Shown one piece after another: positions 37,506 to 47,815 of a stretch of DNA of 64,000 nucleotides. Every line of letters starts with the position of its first letter. The first letter of the stretch is position 1. The notes beneath the pieces are model-generated. The model saw only the letters and a program-made list of their open reading frames with translations, did not search any database and was not told the DNA's origin. The translations under genes and the position numbers were made by a program. Origin of the DNA: Candidatus Babelota bacterium (GTDB lineage Bacteria; Babelota; Babeliae; Babelales; JACPOV01); assembly GCA_022707425.1 (NCBI GenBank), contig JAKJAQ010000001.1, positions 69,089-133,088 on the forward strand, in the 5' to 3' direction.

Positions 37506-38174
37506 ATGATTAATTTAAAAAAAATAGCATTAGTGGTTCTGAGTGCTTTGGTTATTAATCAAATCAATGCTGATACCTTTTTGGGAAAATTGATTAATAA
37601 CCACCCCTATTTAACTGCCTTGGGATGCGTGGCAATGGGGGGCACAAGTTTACTTGTGGGTATTGAAGCAAAGAAAGCTCAGAATTGGCAAGATGAATAT
37701 TTGGATAAAGGAAAATTACGATTCAAAAACGAACTTGAGAGTAAAAATTTTGCTCAACTAGGCAAGATTATCTATCATCATAAGCTTTATCCTACTGAGA
37801 TTACCACACAAAATATGGGTTTAGATGAAAAAGAACGAGCGTATCTTGCTGCAATAGAATATGGAAGCACTATAGGTAGAGAGAGTTATTGCATTCAAAA
37901 AAGTATAACCTACCGACATTACTTCCCTGCGGATCAGAGATTTGTGAAGTATGTTGTTCACGAACATGATGTGCGCTATTGGGAGCTACCTCCTATTTGG
38001 CAAAAAAAAGTTCAAGATGGTAAAGAAAAAATGATCTTAAAGCCAATAAAACGCTATGAACTTGAAATAAAAAAACAAAATAGATGGATTCCGGCATTTT
38101 GTTTCGGTGTAAGTGCACTCAATTTTGCTTCAGCAATTGGATTTGCCGCATACAGTTTTTCAAAAAAAGCATAA
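37506..38174 (+). CDS. Hypothetical membrane protein (leader, internal TM, C-terminal TM)
   Basis: MINLKKIALVVLSALVINQINA leader, a second hydrophobic segment LTALGCVAMGGTSLLVG, and a C-terminal helix WIPAFCFGVSALNFASAIGFAAYSF. Confidence 0.55.
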   Translation: MINLKKIALVVLSALVINQINADTFLGKLINNHPYLTALGCVAMGGTSLLVGIEAKKAQNWQDEYLDKGKLRFKNELESKNFAQLGKIIYHHKLYPTEITTQNMGLDEKERAYLAAIEYGSTIGRESYCIQKSITYRHYFPADQRFVKYVVHEHDVRYWELPPIWQKKVQDGKEKMILKPIKRYELEIKKQNRWIPAFCFGVSALNFASAIGFAAYSFSKKA

Positions 38175-38213
38175 TTATTTAGATTGATTGTTAATGAATG
38201 GAGTATCAAAAAA

Positions 38214-38768
38214 ATGAAAATGAAAAAAATAATAGCGTTATCAAGTCTGTTGCTTATTGCAGCAAATGTGTTTTGTGGATTTAGTGATTTCACGAAAACT
38301 ATTCTTAATTCATGCAATGATCAAAAACTGCCGGCTGCATTAGCGGCCGTTGGTTTGGGTACCGGAATAAGTACGATTGTAATAAATCAGAAAAAATTGA
38401 ACGCCATTAAAAAAGGTGATAAGAAAAAGGTAGCGGATTATCCTAATATTGATTTTGCTGCCTTCAAAATTCCGACAACTACCAGTGTTCAGGGAGTTGA
38501 TGGAAATCGGGGCATTTTCGTAAAAAAATTATCCACTCAAGGGAATTATCTATTTACTGAAATGCAGAGCGGTCTATTTGGGAGTATTAAAAGCTCTGGA
38601 ACAGTAAAATTAAACTTAGATAAGGTTAATGCAATTACTGGTACGATTAAATTCAACAAAGTTGAAAAAAATTATTATTGGGGACGCATCGCAGCTGCTG
38701 TTACATTACCAGTTATTGGGGGTTATGTTGCAGGTATGGTGATCAATAACTACTTTAAACAATCATAA
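38214..38768 (+). CDS. Hypothetical membrane protein with the same architecture as 37506-38174
   Basis: The start was moved to the ATG at 38214 (MKMKKIIALSSLLLIAANV) after GGAG. Second TM LPAALAAVGLGTGISTIVI and C-terminal TM IAAAVTLPVIGGYVAGMVI. Confidence 0.55.
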   Translation: MKMKKIIALSSLLLIAANVFCGFSDFTKTILNSCNDQKLPAALAAVGLGTGISTIVINQKKLNAIKKGDKKKVADYPNIDFAAFKIPTTTSVQGVDGNRGIFVKKLSTQGNYLFTEMQSGLFGSIKSSGTVKLNLDKVNAITGTIKFNKVEKNYYWGRIAAAVTLPVIGGYVAGMVINNYFKQS

Positions 38769-38787
38769 AAAAAATAGTTTAAAAGTT

Positions 38788-38819
38788 AGGCGACACTTTT
38801 TATGAGCGTCGCCTTTTTT
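38788..38819. terminator. Bidirectional intrinsic terminator
   Basis: AGGCGAC (38788-38794) pairs with GTCGCCT (38808-38814) and is followed by T6. It lies between convergent genes. Confidence 0.7.
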
Positions 38820-38826
38820 GTATGCA

Positions 38827-39684
38827 TTATTGTTTGTGTTGTTCAAAATAATTTTCTATGAACGTGCGATTTTCTTCATATGAAAGCTTTATTGGATGAT
38901 TAAAATGTAAATGTTCACTAAAATATTCTTGTGATTGCGCAGTTCCAGGATAAAAGGTACCCGTACCTTGTAACCAAAACCAATTATTTTTTGAAGTGAG
39001 ACAACTCAAGATTGTTGGCAGCGCTGTTTCCAGAAAAGCTTTTCTTTTTGCGAAAATAAGTGCCAATTTTATAAACGTATCCTTGTACATTGCAGGAATG
39101 TATGCAAGATCAGAAAATGATGCTGGTACTGTATTTTTGCCCCAATTTTTTTCTAATATTTTTTTTTGTTCGCGTGGTAATTTTTTGAAAGCACTTTTCA
39201 TTGGCTCATATCCCCATTCAGATTGCCACCATGCCCAATGAGTAATTGCTTTTTTGCCTAATTTAATTTTTATTGGTGTGCCACGGTTATTGATTTGTTT
39301 TCCATCATTTTGAATGATAAAGGGAATATCACCAAACCATATTTTTTTTGTATCGATACCGGTCAATAACCAAGGATTCAAAATACAATCATCCATTAGA
39401 AAGAGATATCCTTCAAAATGTGGATAACGCTCCATGGCATCAGCAATTGCGGTGTAACTAAAATATCCTTTATGATGATTACATACATGTATTTCTGGGT
39501 GCTCTTTTGGCCCATAGAAAACAACTTTTCCAAAATAGGGTGTATATATTTTCTTGAGTAAATCAATTGATTCGTAATGTGCATGATTATAATTAATAAT
39601 GAGAAGAATGTTTTTAAAATCGGTTGAAAAAATTGATCCACAGGTAAATAAAAAAATGAAACTTACTATTTGCATGAACTTCAT
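38827..39684 (-). CDS. Signal-anchored orphan protein, family A copy 2
   Basis: LLIINYNHAHYESIDLLKKIYTPYF..VFYGPKEH...ADAMERYPHFEGYLFLMDDCILNPWLL, a paralog of 36475-37311. AGAGGG SD. Confidence 0.6.
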   Translation of the reverse strand: MKFMQIVSFIFLFTCGSIFSTDFKNILLIINYNHAHYESIDLLKKIYTPYFGKVVFYGPKEHPEIHVCNHHKGYFSYTAIADAMERYPHFEGYLFLMDDCILNPWLLTGIDTKKIWFGDIPFIIQNDGKQINNRGTPIKIKLGKKAITHWAWWQSEWGYEPMKSAFKKLPREQKKILEKNWGKNTVPASFSDLAYIPAMYKDTFIKLALIFAKRKAFLETALPTILSCLTSKNNWFWLQGTGTFYPGTAQSQEYFSEHLHFNHPIKLSYEENRTFIENYFEQHKQ

Positions 39685-39824
39685 TGAACAACCCTCTTTT
39701 TTTTAATTAAATTTTTTCATCTGAATATTAGGTGATAAAAAAAATAATGACAATTCATTTAAATTAAATTTTTAGTGAGATATTTTTTGTATTACGATAC
39801 ATAAAAAAACGCAGTAGGAAAAAA

Positions 39825-41219
39825 ATGATTGAAAAATTAACTGATATATCAAGCACTATACAAAAACCATACTATTATTGGTTAAAAAAAAATTGGTATT
39901 ATCATTTTTTTGTAACGCAATTTTATCAGTGGGCAGTAGAACCAGGAAGTGTTGTTTTACAAATTGGATGCAAAACTGGGTATATTTTGGATGCAGTAAA
40001 ACCGCGCATTGGAGTAGGAGTGGAAGCGGAAAATGAATGCCGTGAATCTGCACAGCAACAATTTTCCTGTTATCAATTTGTGCAAACAATTCCTGAAATT
40101 AATGATCAAAAATTTGATTACATTATTTTGTCATCAACGTTGATGGAAACTGAAGATATTCAGCTGTTGTTGCTTTCGTTGCAGCGGTTCTGTAGTTCGC
40201 ACACACGTATTATTATTGATGGATATTCTTTTTTGTGGGAGCCATTGTTGTGGTGTGCGCAAAAATGTGGTTTACGCAGACAAACAATTTTTAAAAACTG
40301 GTTATCGCAAACTGATATTGAAAATTTTTTATATCTGAGCAATTTTGAAAAAATTACCAATGGTCGACGCATGTTATTTCCTTGGTATATTCCAGGAATT
40401 TCTTACGTTTTGAATCGTTTATTGGCATATATTCCTTTAGTAAATCGATTATGTTTAATTGAATGGACAATTGCGCGTTCAATTGCAAAAAAAGAAATTA
40501 TGAACCCTACCGTTTCAGTTATTGTTCCATGCAGGAATGAGCGAGGAACGATAGAAACAATTGTTACGAACATGCCCCAGTTTGGGCAGAACACCGAAAT
40601 TATTTTTGTCGAAGGCCATTCAACTGATGGTACTTTAAACGAAATTGAGCGGGTCGCCAGTTTATATCCTGAAAAAAATGTGCGCTGTTTTGTACAAACA
40701 GGTGCCGATAAAGGTGATGCGGTGCGTTTAGGCTTTTCAATGGCGCATAACGATATTTTAATGATTTTTGATGGTGATAATACAGTGCCGATGCATGAAT
40801 TACCACTTTTTGTGCAAGCATTAATTATTGGTAAAGGTGAATTAATTAATGGTTCTCGGTTTGTCTATGCAATGGAAACTGGTGCCACCCGTTTTTTGAA
40901 TGTTTGGGTAAACTACTGTTTCAGCTTAGGCTTTTCTTGGTTGTTAGGACAATCGGTGGAAGATACATTGTGTGGAACAAAAGTGCTTTTAAAAAAAGAT
41001 TATGAACGCATTGCACGTAATCGTTCCTATTTTGGTGAAGTTGATCCGTTTAGTGATTTTGATCTTCTTTTTGGCGCCGCGAAACTTCAACTAAAAATTG
41101 TTGATATTCCGGTACATTATAAACGACGAACCTATGGGAGCCCGCAAGTACGCTATTTTTATCACGGGTTTATTTTATTGCGCATGTGGTTTTTTGCGCT
41201 GGGTAAGTTTAAATTCTAA
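39825..41219 (+). CDS. Bifunctional class I SAM-methyltransferase-like / GT2 glycosyltransferase
   Basis: N-terminal motif I VVLQIGCKTGY. The C-terminal GT2 region has VSVIVPCRNERGTIETIV, IIFVEGHSTDGT and a DxD-type MIFDGDN. Confidence 0.75.
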   Translation: MIEKLTDISSTIQKPYYYWLKKNWYYHFFVTQFYQWAVEPGSVVLQIGCKTGYILDAVKPRIGVGVEAENECRESAQQQFSCYQFVQTIPEINDQKFDYIILSSTLMETEDIQLLLLSLQRFCSSHTRIIIDGYSFLWEPLLWCAQKCGLRRQTIFKNWLSQTDIENFLYLSNFEKITNGRRMLFPWYIPGISYVLNRLLAYIPLVNRLCLIEWTIARSIAKKEIMNPTVSVIVPCRNERGTIETIVTNMPQFGQNTEIIFVEGHSTDGTLNEIERVASLYPEKNVRCFVQTGADKGDAVRLGFSMAHNDILMIFDGDNTVPMHELPLFVQALIIGKGELINGSRFVYAMETGATRFLNVWVNYCFSLGFSWLLGQSVEDTLCGTKVLLKKDYERIARNRSYFGEVDPFSDFDLLFGAAKLQLKIVDIPVHYKRRTYGSPQVRYFYHGFILLRMWFFALGKFKF

Positions 41220-41277
41220 AAAATTCATGGTATAACCATAACGAAAACACTCCGACCATTTTGGAAAGGAGCAGGTA

Positions 41278-43230
41278 GTGTGTGGCATTGCAGGATATCG
41301 TTCATTAGATGATCGCGATTTATTAATAAATCAAAGTGCACTTGATCAAGTCCAACAGTCTTTGGCTCATCGTGGGCCTGACGGTTTTCGAATTTGGAAT
41401 GCACCAGATCGAAAAACAACATTGATTCATCGACGTTTGAGCATTGTTGATCTTTCTTGCGCGGGTTTTCAACCATTATTCGATAATGACAATTCAATTG
41501 CGGTGATATGCAATGGTGAAATTTATAATCATCCTCAGTTGCGTGCGCAATTGGAGCATGAAGGTTATCGATTCAGCTCAAATTCTGACACTGAAACAAT
41601 TGTCTATGCCTACAAAAAATGGGGGATTGATTGTTTACGTTATTTAGAAGGCGATTTTGCAATCGCAATTGTTGATTTAAAAAAAGATGAGTTTTTTTTA
41701 GCGCGCGATCGCATTGGAGTAAAACCACTCTATTTTTCTCTGCAAGGAAATGTAGTAAGTTTTGCATCAGAAATTAAAGCATTGTGGCCGCTGCCGTGGA
41801 TGCATAAAAAAATTAATTCGCGGGGGTTGTACCATTACTTGACTTACATGGTAACACCGGCCCCACTGACTCTCTACGAAGGTGTCTACAAATTGCCTGC
41901 AGGTTTTTATCTCAAGGTGAGTGCTCATAATCAGGTGACATTTCATGAATGGTATAACCCCTTAGATAAACTTTTTAGTCAATCGATCATTTCTGATGAG
42001 CAACAAGCAATAGATGATATTGAACAATTATTTCATGCAGCAGTGAAAAAAAGATTAATGTCCGATGTGCCTCTTGGTTCATTTTTATCGGGTGGTATTG
42101 ACTCAAGTTTGATAGTTGCACACATGAGCCAAATGACTGATCAAGTAAAAACATTTAACGTTTCATTTTCAGATGGGCCTGAATTCAGTGAAATTGAATG
42201 GGCACGTTTGGTTGCAAACAAATTTCATACTCAACATCGCGAAATTGTAATAAGTGAAAAAGAAGCGTTCGAATTTTTTGAAGCAATGGTGTATTACCAA
42301 GATGAACCAATTGCGGACTGTGTATGCATTCCACTTTATTTTGTGGCAAAATTGTTGCGAGACTCGGGTGTTACTGTTGTGCTTGTTGGAGAAGGGTCCG
42401 ATGAACTTTTTTGTGGCTATTCTACTTATGCTCATTATGTTGATACCTACAATTCTTACTGGAAACCGGCAACGAAATATGTGCCACGTTTTGTAAAGCA
42501 GGGTGTGTACAATTTGGCGCGGCGCAGCTTTGCGCATAAACCGTATCACGTTGCTTTGTTACAACAATGGGCAGAAGAACGTAATTTATTCTGGAGTGGT
42601 GCAATAGCATTTCCAGAAAATGCAAAAAAAGAAATTATTAAATCTAATATGCATGCAAGCTATGACTCCGTTCTTGAAGCGATCTATCCAGGATTTGATC
42701 AGGAACTTAATAGTTATGCAGTAGTAGAATATCATTTAGCGCAACTTGAGAAACGTGCACCGCATCTTGATTTTCTCAATCGCATGATTTATTTAGAACT
42801 AAAGCAGCGATTACCTGAACTTTTATTAATGCGTCTTGATAAAATGGCAATGGCAACATCGGTTGAAGGACGCGTTCCGTTTTTGGATCATGAGTTAGTG
42901 GAATATTCGTTCAGAGTTGCACCGCAACTTAAATATAAAAATGGAATAACAAAATATATTCTCAAAAAAGTGGCTGAGCGTTCTTTGCCTTATGAAGTTG
43001 TTCATCGAAAAAAAGTTGGTTTTGCAGCGCCAACTATGCGTTGGATGCGATCTGGTGACTTTTTCAACAACTATTTTAACGAGCTATTAGTTCGCAAACG
43101 TTCCGAATGGAGTGAATATCTCGATTTTGACGCAATACATACTATGTATCAACAAAATGCTGCTGGAAAAAGAGAATGTTCAGTGCAACTGTGGGTTGTG
43201 CAAAATTTAATTGCTGGATCATCACTATGA
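41278..43230 (+). CDS. Asparagine synthetase B-type glutamine amidotransferase (glycan-locus type)
   Basis: GTG start followed by CGIAGY (the N-terminal nucleophile Cys), and the PP-loop motif SGGIDSS. AGGAG SD. 650 aa. Confidence 0.85.
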   Translation: MCGIAGYRSLDDRDLLINQSALDQVQQSLAHRGPDGFRIWNAPDRKTTLIHRRLSIVDLSCAGFQPLFDNDNSIAVICNGEIYNHPQLRAQLEHEGYRFSSNSDTETIVYAYKKWGIDCLRYLEGDFAIAIVDLKKDEFFLARDRIGVKPLYFSLQGNVVSFASEIKALWPLPWMHKKINSRGLYHYLTYMVTPAPLTLYEGVYKLPAGFYLKVSAHNQVTFHEWYNPLDKLFSQSIISDEQQAIDDIEQLFHAAVKKRLMSDVPLGSFLSGGIDSSLIVAHMSQMTDQVKTFNVSFSDGPEFSEIEWARLVANKFHTQHREIVISEKEAFEFFEAMVYYQDEPIADCVCIPLYFVAKLLRDSGVTVVLVGEGSDELFCGYSTYAHYVDTYNSYWKPATKYVPRFVKQGVYNLARRSFAHKPYHVALLQQWAEERNLFWSGAIAFPENAKKEIIKSNMHASYDSVLEAIYPGFDQELNSYAVVEYHLAQLEKRAPHLDFLNRMIYLELKQRLPELLLMRLDKMAMATSVEGRVPFLDHELVEYSFRVAPQLKYKNGITKYILKKVAERSLPYEVVHRKKVGFAAPTMRWMRSGDFFNNYFNELLVRKRSEWSEYLDFDAIHTMYQQNAAGKRECSVQLWVVQNLIAGSSL

Positions 43231-44447
43231 AACCTGCACAGTCGGTGCTTTATGTGCGTACAGATATTTATGCACAACCGCTCGTTGCCGGAGGATCAGT
43301 TTCACACACCATTGGTGTGATTGATGGATTTAAAAAATGTGGTTATCGCATTCTTATAGCATCTTCATGCATGGAAAATTATTTTAAAACCGCTGACATT
43401 GCAGCATTTGTGCATCTGCGCAATCCGCGCATTTTTCGCTTATTGCGCACAATGTTCAATTGTATTATTTCAAATATTTTTTTTTCAGTACAACTCATTA
43501 AGTTATTAAAAAAAGAAAAAATTGATTTTATTTATCAGCGCTACAGCATGCTCAATTGCACGGGTGTTCTTATGAGCACAGTTAAAAAAATTCCGTTCAT
43601 ATTAGAATATAACGGTTCAGAAACGTGGGTACAAAAAAATTGGACAACACACAAAAAAATACGAATGCTTTGGTTGATCGATTTGTTTGAACGAATTAAT
43701 ATACAGAATGCAACCTTTATTATCGTGGTTTCCCAAGCTCTCAAAGACGAATTGTGCGTGCGCGGAATTAAAGCACAAAAAATTTTAGTGAATCCAAACG
43801 GTGTCGATCCAATTATATTTGATTCAAAAAAGCTTGAGAAAGAGCGCGTGGCATTACGAACAGAAAATGCAATTTCAGACAGCGATTTTGTGGTTGGCTT
43901 TGTTGGCACATTCAATAAATGGCACGGTATTGAATTATTAAGTGAAATTATTCCTGATTCATTGAAAAAAAATAAATCGCTCTTCTTTTTGATGATTGGT
44001 GATGGCCCACTTTTTGCATTGTTTAAAAAAAAATTAATTGATCAAAATGTTGATTCACGTCGTGTCATGCTGACTGGTTTGGTTTCTCATGAACAGGTGC
44101 GCACCTATTTAGCCGCATGCGATGCATTTATTTGTCCAACACAACCAAATGCTGATGGTAGCAAATTTTTCGGGTCACCCACCAAATTGTTTGAGTATAT
44201 GAGTTTGGAAAAACCGGTGATAGCGTCAGATATTGGACAGCTAGCTGAAATTCTCAAACCTGAATGTGGCATTTTGGTACCCAGTGCAGATGCAGGTCGA
44301 TTTGTTGATGCGATTACGCATTTAGCAACAAAAGATGTTTTCGAAAAAAAAAGAATGGGCAAATGTGCCCGCGATGAAATTATTAATAATTATTCATGGC
44401 AACAGCATGTAGCGCGGATTAGTGCATTTGTAAAAGGAGAGCAATGA
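43227..44447 (+). CDS. GT4 (group 1) glycosyltransferase
   Basis: The ATG at 43227 forms an ATGA overlap with the AsnB stop. GGSVSHTIGVIDGF and FICPTQPNADGSKFFGSPTKLFEYMSLEKPVIASDIGQLAEIL. It is a paralog of the C-terminal half of 48995-51736. Confidence 0.8.
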   Translation: MKPAQSVLYVRTDIYAQPLVAGGSVSHTIGVIDGFKKCGYRILIASSCMENYFKTADIAAFVHLRNPRIFRLLRTMFNCIISNIFFSVQLIKLLKKEKIDFIYQRYSMLNCTGVLMSTVKKIPFILEYNGSETWVQKNWTTHKKIRMLWLIDLFERINIQNATFIIVVSQALKDELCVRGIKAQKILVNPNGVDPIIFDSKKLEKERVALRTENAISDSDFVVGFVGTFNKWHGIELLSEIIPDSLKKNKSLFFLMIGDGPLFALFKKKLIDQNVDSRRVMLTGLVSHEQVRTYLAACDAFICPTQPNADGSKFFGSPTKLFEYMSLEKPVIASDIGQLAEILKPECGILVPSADAGRFVDAITHLATKDVFEKKRMGKCARDEIINNYSWQQHVARISAFVKGEQ

Positions 44448-45298
44448 ATCATATGAGTTCTGATCAGGCAATTAAAGAAAACTCCAAAGCAGCATGGGGA
44501 GCGAGCCCTGCTGGCTGGGTATTTGGTCAAGAATATGAATGTGGAACTAAAGAATTTTTTGAAGCAGTGCTACAAAAACGTTTTTCATATGAGGTGCCAT
44601 GGCTTAATGAGATGGTACAATTTAAACGATTTACAGGAAAATCGGTGTTAGAAATTGGATGTGGTGTAGGATATGATGCATATCAGTTTTGCAAAGCTGG
44701 AGCTTATTACACCGGCATTGATATTACGCCACAAAACCCTCCACTTGCACGAAAACATTTATCCTATTATGGATTGCAAGCACAGTTTGAAGAAAGAGAT
44801 GTTGAGAATATCTCATTTCTCAATGAATTTGATTTTGTATTTACTTTTGGTGTTTTGCACCATACTCCAAATATCAAAAAAGCACTCGGCAATTGTTTTA
44901 ATGCGTTAAAACCAGGTGGTGAGATACAAGTTATTGTCTATAACAAATGGTCGATTTTTTATTGTTTGACCGTTGTTACTTGGGAATGGTTTTTTAAAGG
45001 TAATTTTCTAAAACGATCTTTGGCTGATCAGCGCTCGTTAATTGAAACGATTAATGGCTCTTCAAGGCCGTTGGTTAACGTATATAGCAAACGAGCTTTA
45101 AAGAAATTAATGAATGAAGTTGGTTTTGGAATTTTAAGAACTGATACTGCAAAATTAACTGTAGAGGATTTGCCACAAATTCCTTTTATTGTGCGGTTGT
45201 ACAAATACATTCCACAGTCATTATTAACAGCTTTAGGTCGCTTTTTCGGCTGGTATATTTCAGTTAGGGCGATTAAACCTCTAACGAAGGAGCAATGA
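44444..45298 (+). CDS. Class I SAM-dependent methyltransferase
   Basis: VLEIGCGVGYDA, FDFVFTFGVLHHTPN and LKPGGEIQV. ATGA overlap with the upstream gene. Confidence 0.8.
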   Translation: MNHMSSDQAIKENSKAAWGASPAGWVFGQEYECGTKEFFEAVLQKRFSYEVPWLNEMVQFKRFTGKSVLEIGCGVGYDAYQFCKAGAYYTGIDITPQNPPLARKHLSYYGLQAQFEERDVENISFLNEFDFVFTFGVLHHTPNIKKALGNCFNALKPGGEIQVIVYNKWSIFYCLTVVTWEWFFKGNFLKRSLADQRSLIETINGSSRPLVNVYSKRALKKLMNEVGFGILRTDTAKLTVEDLPQIPFIVRLYKYIPQSLLTALGRFFGWYISVRAIKPLTKEQ

Positions 45299-46104
45299 TG
45301 AATCAAGATCAATTAAAAGCAGCAGTACAAGCGTATTGGAACAAAGAAAGTTGCGGCACTTCAGTGACACAACAATCTAAATTTTCAAAAATATATTTTG
45401 ATGAAATTGAAACCTATCGTTATGAAATTGAACCTGAAATTTTTTCGTTTGCACAATTTACCCGCTATTATGGCAAGCGTGTGCTGGAAGTGGGTATTGG
45501 TGCTGGCACCGATTTTATTCAATGGGTTCGTTCAGGCGCACAGGCGTATGGTGTCGATCTAACACCAGAATCGATTGAGCATACACGCCAACGATTAATG
45601 ATTGAGCAACTCCATGCATTTGATTTGCAAGTTGCAGATGCAGAACAGTTGCCGTATCCCGATAATTCATTTGATCTTGTTTATTCATGGGGAGTGATTC
45701 ATCATTCACCAAATACTGAGCAATGTTTGCGGGAATTAGTTCGTGTTGTACGGCCCGGAGGAACCATAAAAATAATGGTCTATAACCGACGTTCACTTTT
45801 TGCGTTTTATCGTTATGTGCTTTGTGGTTTGCTGAAAGGTAAACCGTTGCGATCGTTCAAAAATATTTTGTTTTATGATCAAGAAAGTTTGGGAACAAAA
45901 GCGTATACTATGAAAGAAGTGCGCACCATGATTAAGCAACATGCAGTGACAATAAAATCGTTAACAGCACCGGTTACGTATCATGATTTGTTAGGTTATA
46001 AATCACGCATTTTTCGTGGATTGGCATCATTTGCTGCATCAATTTTTGGTTGGCAACGTGTCGGCTGGTTTATGTTAATTGAATTGAAGAAAAATAAGGA
46101 TTGA
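45295..46104 (+). CDS. Class I SAM-dependent methyltransferase (paralog of 44444-45298)
   Basis: VLEVGIGAGTDF, FDLVYSWGVIHHSPN and VRPGGTIKI. ATGA overlap with the upstream gene. Confidence 0.8.
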   Translation: MMNQDQLKAAVQAYWNKESCGTSVTQQSKFSKIYFDEIETYRYEIEPEIFSFAQFTRYYGKRVLEVGIGAGTDFIQWVRSGAQAYGVDLTPESIEHTRQRLMIEQLHAFDLQVADAEQLPYPDNSFDLVYSWGVIHHSPNTEQCLRELVRVVRPGGTIKIMVYNRRSLFAFYRYVLCGLLKGKPLRSFKNILFYDQESLGTKAYTMKEVRTMIKQHAVTIKSLTAPVTYHDLLGYKSRIFRGLASFAASIFGWQRVGWFMLIELKKNKD

Positions 46105-46109
46105 GAACA

Positions 46110-46808
46110 ATGAACCAAATACCACAAGAATTTGATCAATTTGCTCAACAGTATCGCCCTGATCTTGATAAAGCACTTTCTCTTTCAGGTGAATCAAGTG
46201 CCTATTTTGCACAATTAAAAGTAAAAAAACTTGCACAATGGATACCACTTTTATCCAATCAAGAAGCGACGATTCTAGATTTTGGATGCGGTGATGGGTT
46301 GATGACATCTTTTTTGAAACAACAATTTAGTCGCGCAGCAGTGTTTGGCGTTGATCCTTCGCCAAAAAGTATCGAAATTGCTCAAAAAAATTATACCGAT
46401 GTTTCGTTTTCAGTAAATTCAGACACAACAACTACATTAGATTTTCCTGATGGAATGTTTGATGTTGTATGTGCTGCGGGTGCATTTCATCATATTCCTT
46501 TTTCAATGCATGAAGGATATATGAATGAAATTAATAGAATTTTAAAAAAGAACGGTACCTTTGTTTTATTTGAACTTAATCCATTAAATCCTGTTACCGT
46601 AATGATATTTAGAAGAAACCCAATTGATAAAAATGCATGCATGTTGTGGCCATGGTATGCACGAAGCCTTAATTCAAAATATGGAAAAGTACGAACTAAA
46701 TTTTATTCTTTCTTCCCGCATGCGTTAAAGTATTTACGTTTTACAGAACCTTTTATGACTAAAGTGCCATTTGGTGCCTTATATGCAGTGATTATGAATA
46801 AAAAATAA
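46110..46808 (+). CDS. Class I SAM-dependent methyltransferase
   Basis: ILDFGCGDGLMT, FDVVCAAGAFHHIP and LKKNGTFVLFE. The ORF-track start at 46101 is a TTG; the ATG at 46110 follows AAGGA. Confidence 0.75.
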   Translation: MNQIPQEFDQFAQQYRPDLDKALSLSGESSAYFAQLKVKKLAQWIPLLSNQEATILDFGCGDGLMTSFLKQQFSRAAVFGVDPSPKSIEIAQKNYTDVSFSVNSDTTTTLDFPDGMFDVVCAAGAFHHIPFSMHEGYMNEINRILKKNGTFVLFELNPLNPVTVMIFRRNPIDKNACMLWPWYARSLNSKYGKVRTKFYSFFPHALKYLRFTEPFMTKVPFGALYAVIMNKK

Positions 46809-46819
46809 TTTGAAGAGCT

Positions 46820-47815
46820 ATGAATAAAAAACTCATATCAATTATCTTACCCATTTATAATGAAGCTGAATCGATTGCAGTTTTATATGATCGACTTAAT
46901 GGTGTAATTGATTCACTTTCAGCTACCTATGACTTTGAAATTATTATGGTTGATGATGGAAGTGCCGATGAATCATGGAAAAAAATAAATCAACTTGCAC
47001 AACTTGATTGTCGGATTAGAGGAATTTCATTTAGCAGAAATTTTGGGCACCAAATTGCAATTAGTGCAGGCTATGATTATGCAAGAGGTGATGCCCTTAT
47101 CACCATGGATGCTGATTTGCAACATCCACCACACCTTATTCCGGCTCTTATTGAAGAATGGCAAAAAGGTGCTGCAATTGTATATGTTCGTAATCGTGTG
47201 GTTGCGAACGGTTTGGTGAAAAAATTCTTTTCAACTGCTTATTATTTTATTCTGGATTGTATTGTTCCCATTAAAATTCCGCACAATGTACAAGATTTCA
47301 GACTTATCGATAAAAAAGTTGCCACTATTGTGCGTCAATCACGGGAACAATCACCATACTTGCGCGGCATGGTTGCATGGACTGGATTCTCATCTACTTT
47401 TATTGATGCTGCCTATGATAAGCGGTTTACCGGAAAAAGCGGCTATTCGCTAAGCAAAATGTTTAAACTTGCATTTGATGGCATGACCGGATTTTCACTA
47501 TTTCCATTAAAAATTGCTGCTTACATTGGTTTTTTTGTGATAGCAACTGGATGCACTATGTTTGCGTACATTACCGTTGATGCTTTTTGTAATCATGTTT
47601 ATTACCCATTGTTTAAATGGCTTGTCACGATCATTTATATTTTTATTGGTGTTTTATTTATTTTGATTTGGTTTCTTGGTGAATATATTGGACGCATTTA
47701 CAATCAATTACAAGCACGGCCACTGTATGTTGTTGCAGAAGAACTGAATAGTATTACTTTGTCAAACATGATGAATGAAAAAAAACCTTTGCATTGTCAT
47801 TGTGAGCGAGTATGA
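46820..47815 (+). CDS. GT2 polyprenol-phosphate glycosyltransferase (GtrB/ArnC/Dpm1-like)
   Basis: ISIILPIYNEAESI, IIMVDDGSADES and ITMDADLQHPP, plus two C-terminal TM helices. Confidence 0.8.
   Translation: MNKKLISIILPIYNEAESIAVLYDRLNGVIDSLSATYDFEIIMVDDGSADESWKKINQLAQLDCRIRGISFSRNFGHQIAISAGYDYARGDALITMDADLQHPPHLIPALIEEWQKGAAIVYVRNRVVANGLVKKFFSTAYYFILDCIVPIKIPHNVQDFRLIDKKVATIVRQSREQSPYLRGMVAWTGFSSTFIDAAYDKRFTGKSGYSLSKMFKLAFDGMTGFSLFPLKIAAYIGFFVIATGCTMFAYITVDAFCNHVYYPLFKWLVTIIYIFIGVLFILIWFLGEYIGRIYNQLQARPLYVVAEELNSITLSNMMNEKKPLHCHCERV

Noticed and set aside
43176-43226. N-terminal extensions and non-ATG starts proposed by the ORF track: 43176, 58210, 59632, 15903, 53045, 38184; TTG starts at 24815, 46101, 12784 and 63908; GTG start at 27613
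   Set aside because: In most cases an in-frame downstream start has a better SD, gives a typical N-terminus or signal peptide, or produces the ATGA coupling seen elsewhere in the operon. The longer versions overlap the upstream genes. For 12784 the preference for the ATG at 12742 rests only on the start codon, since neither start has a clear SD. The frame at 63908 stays open to the window edge.
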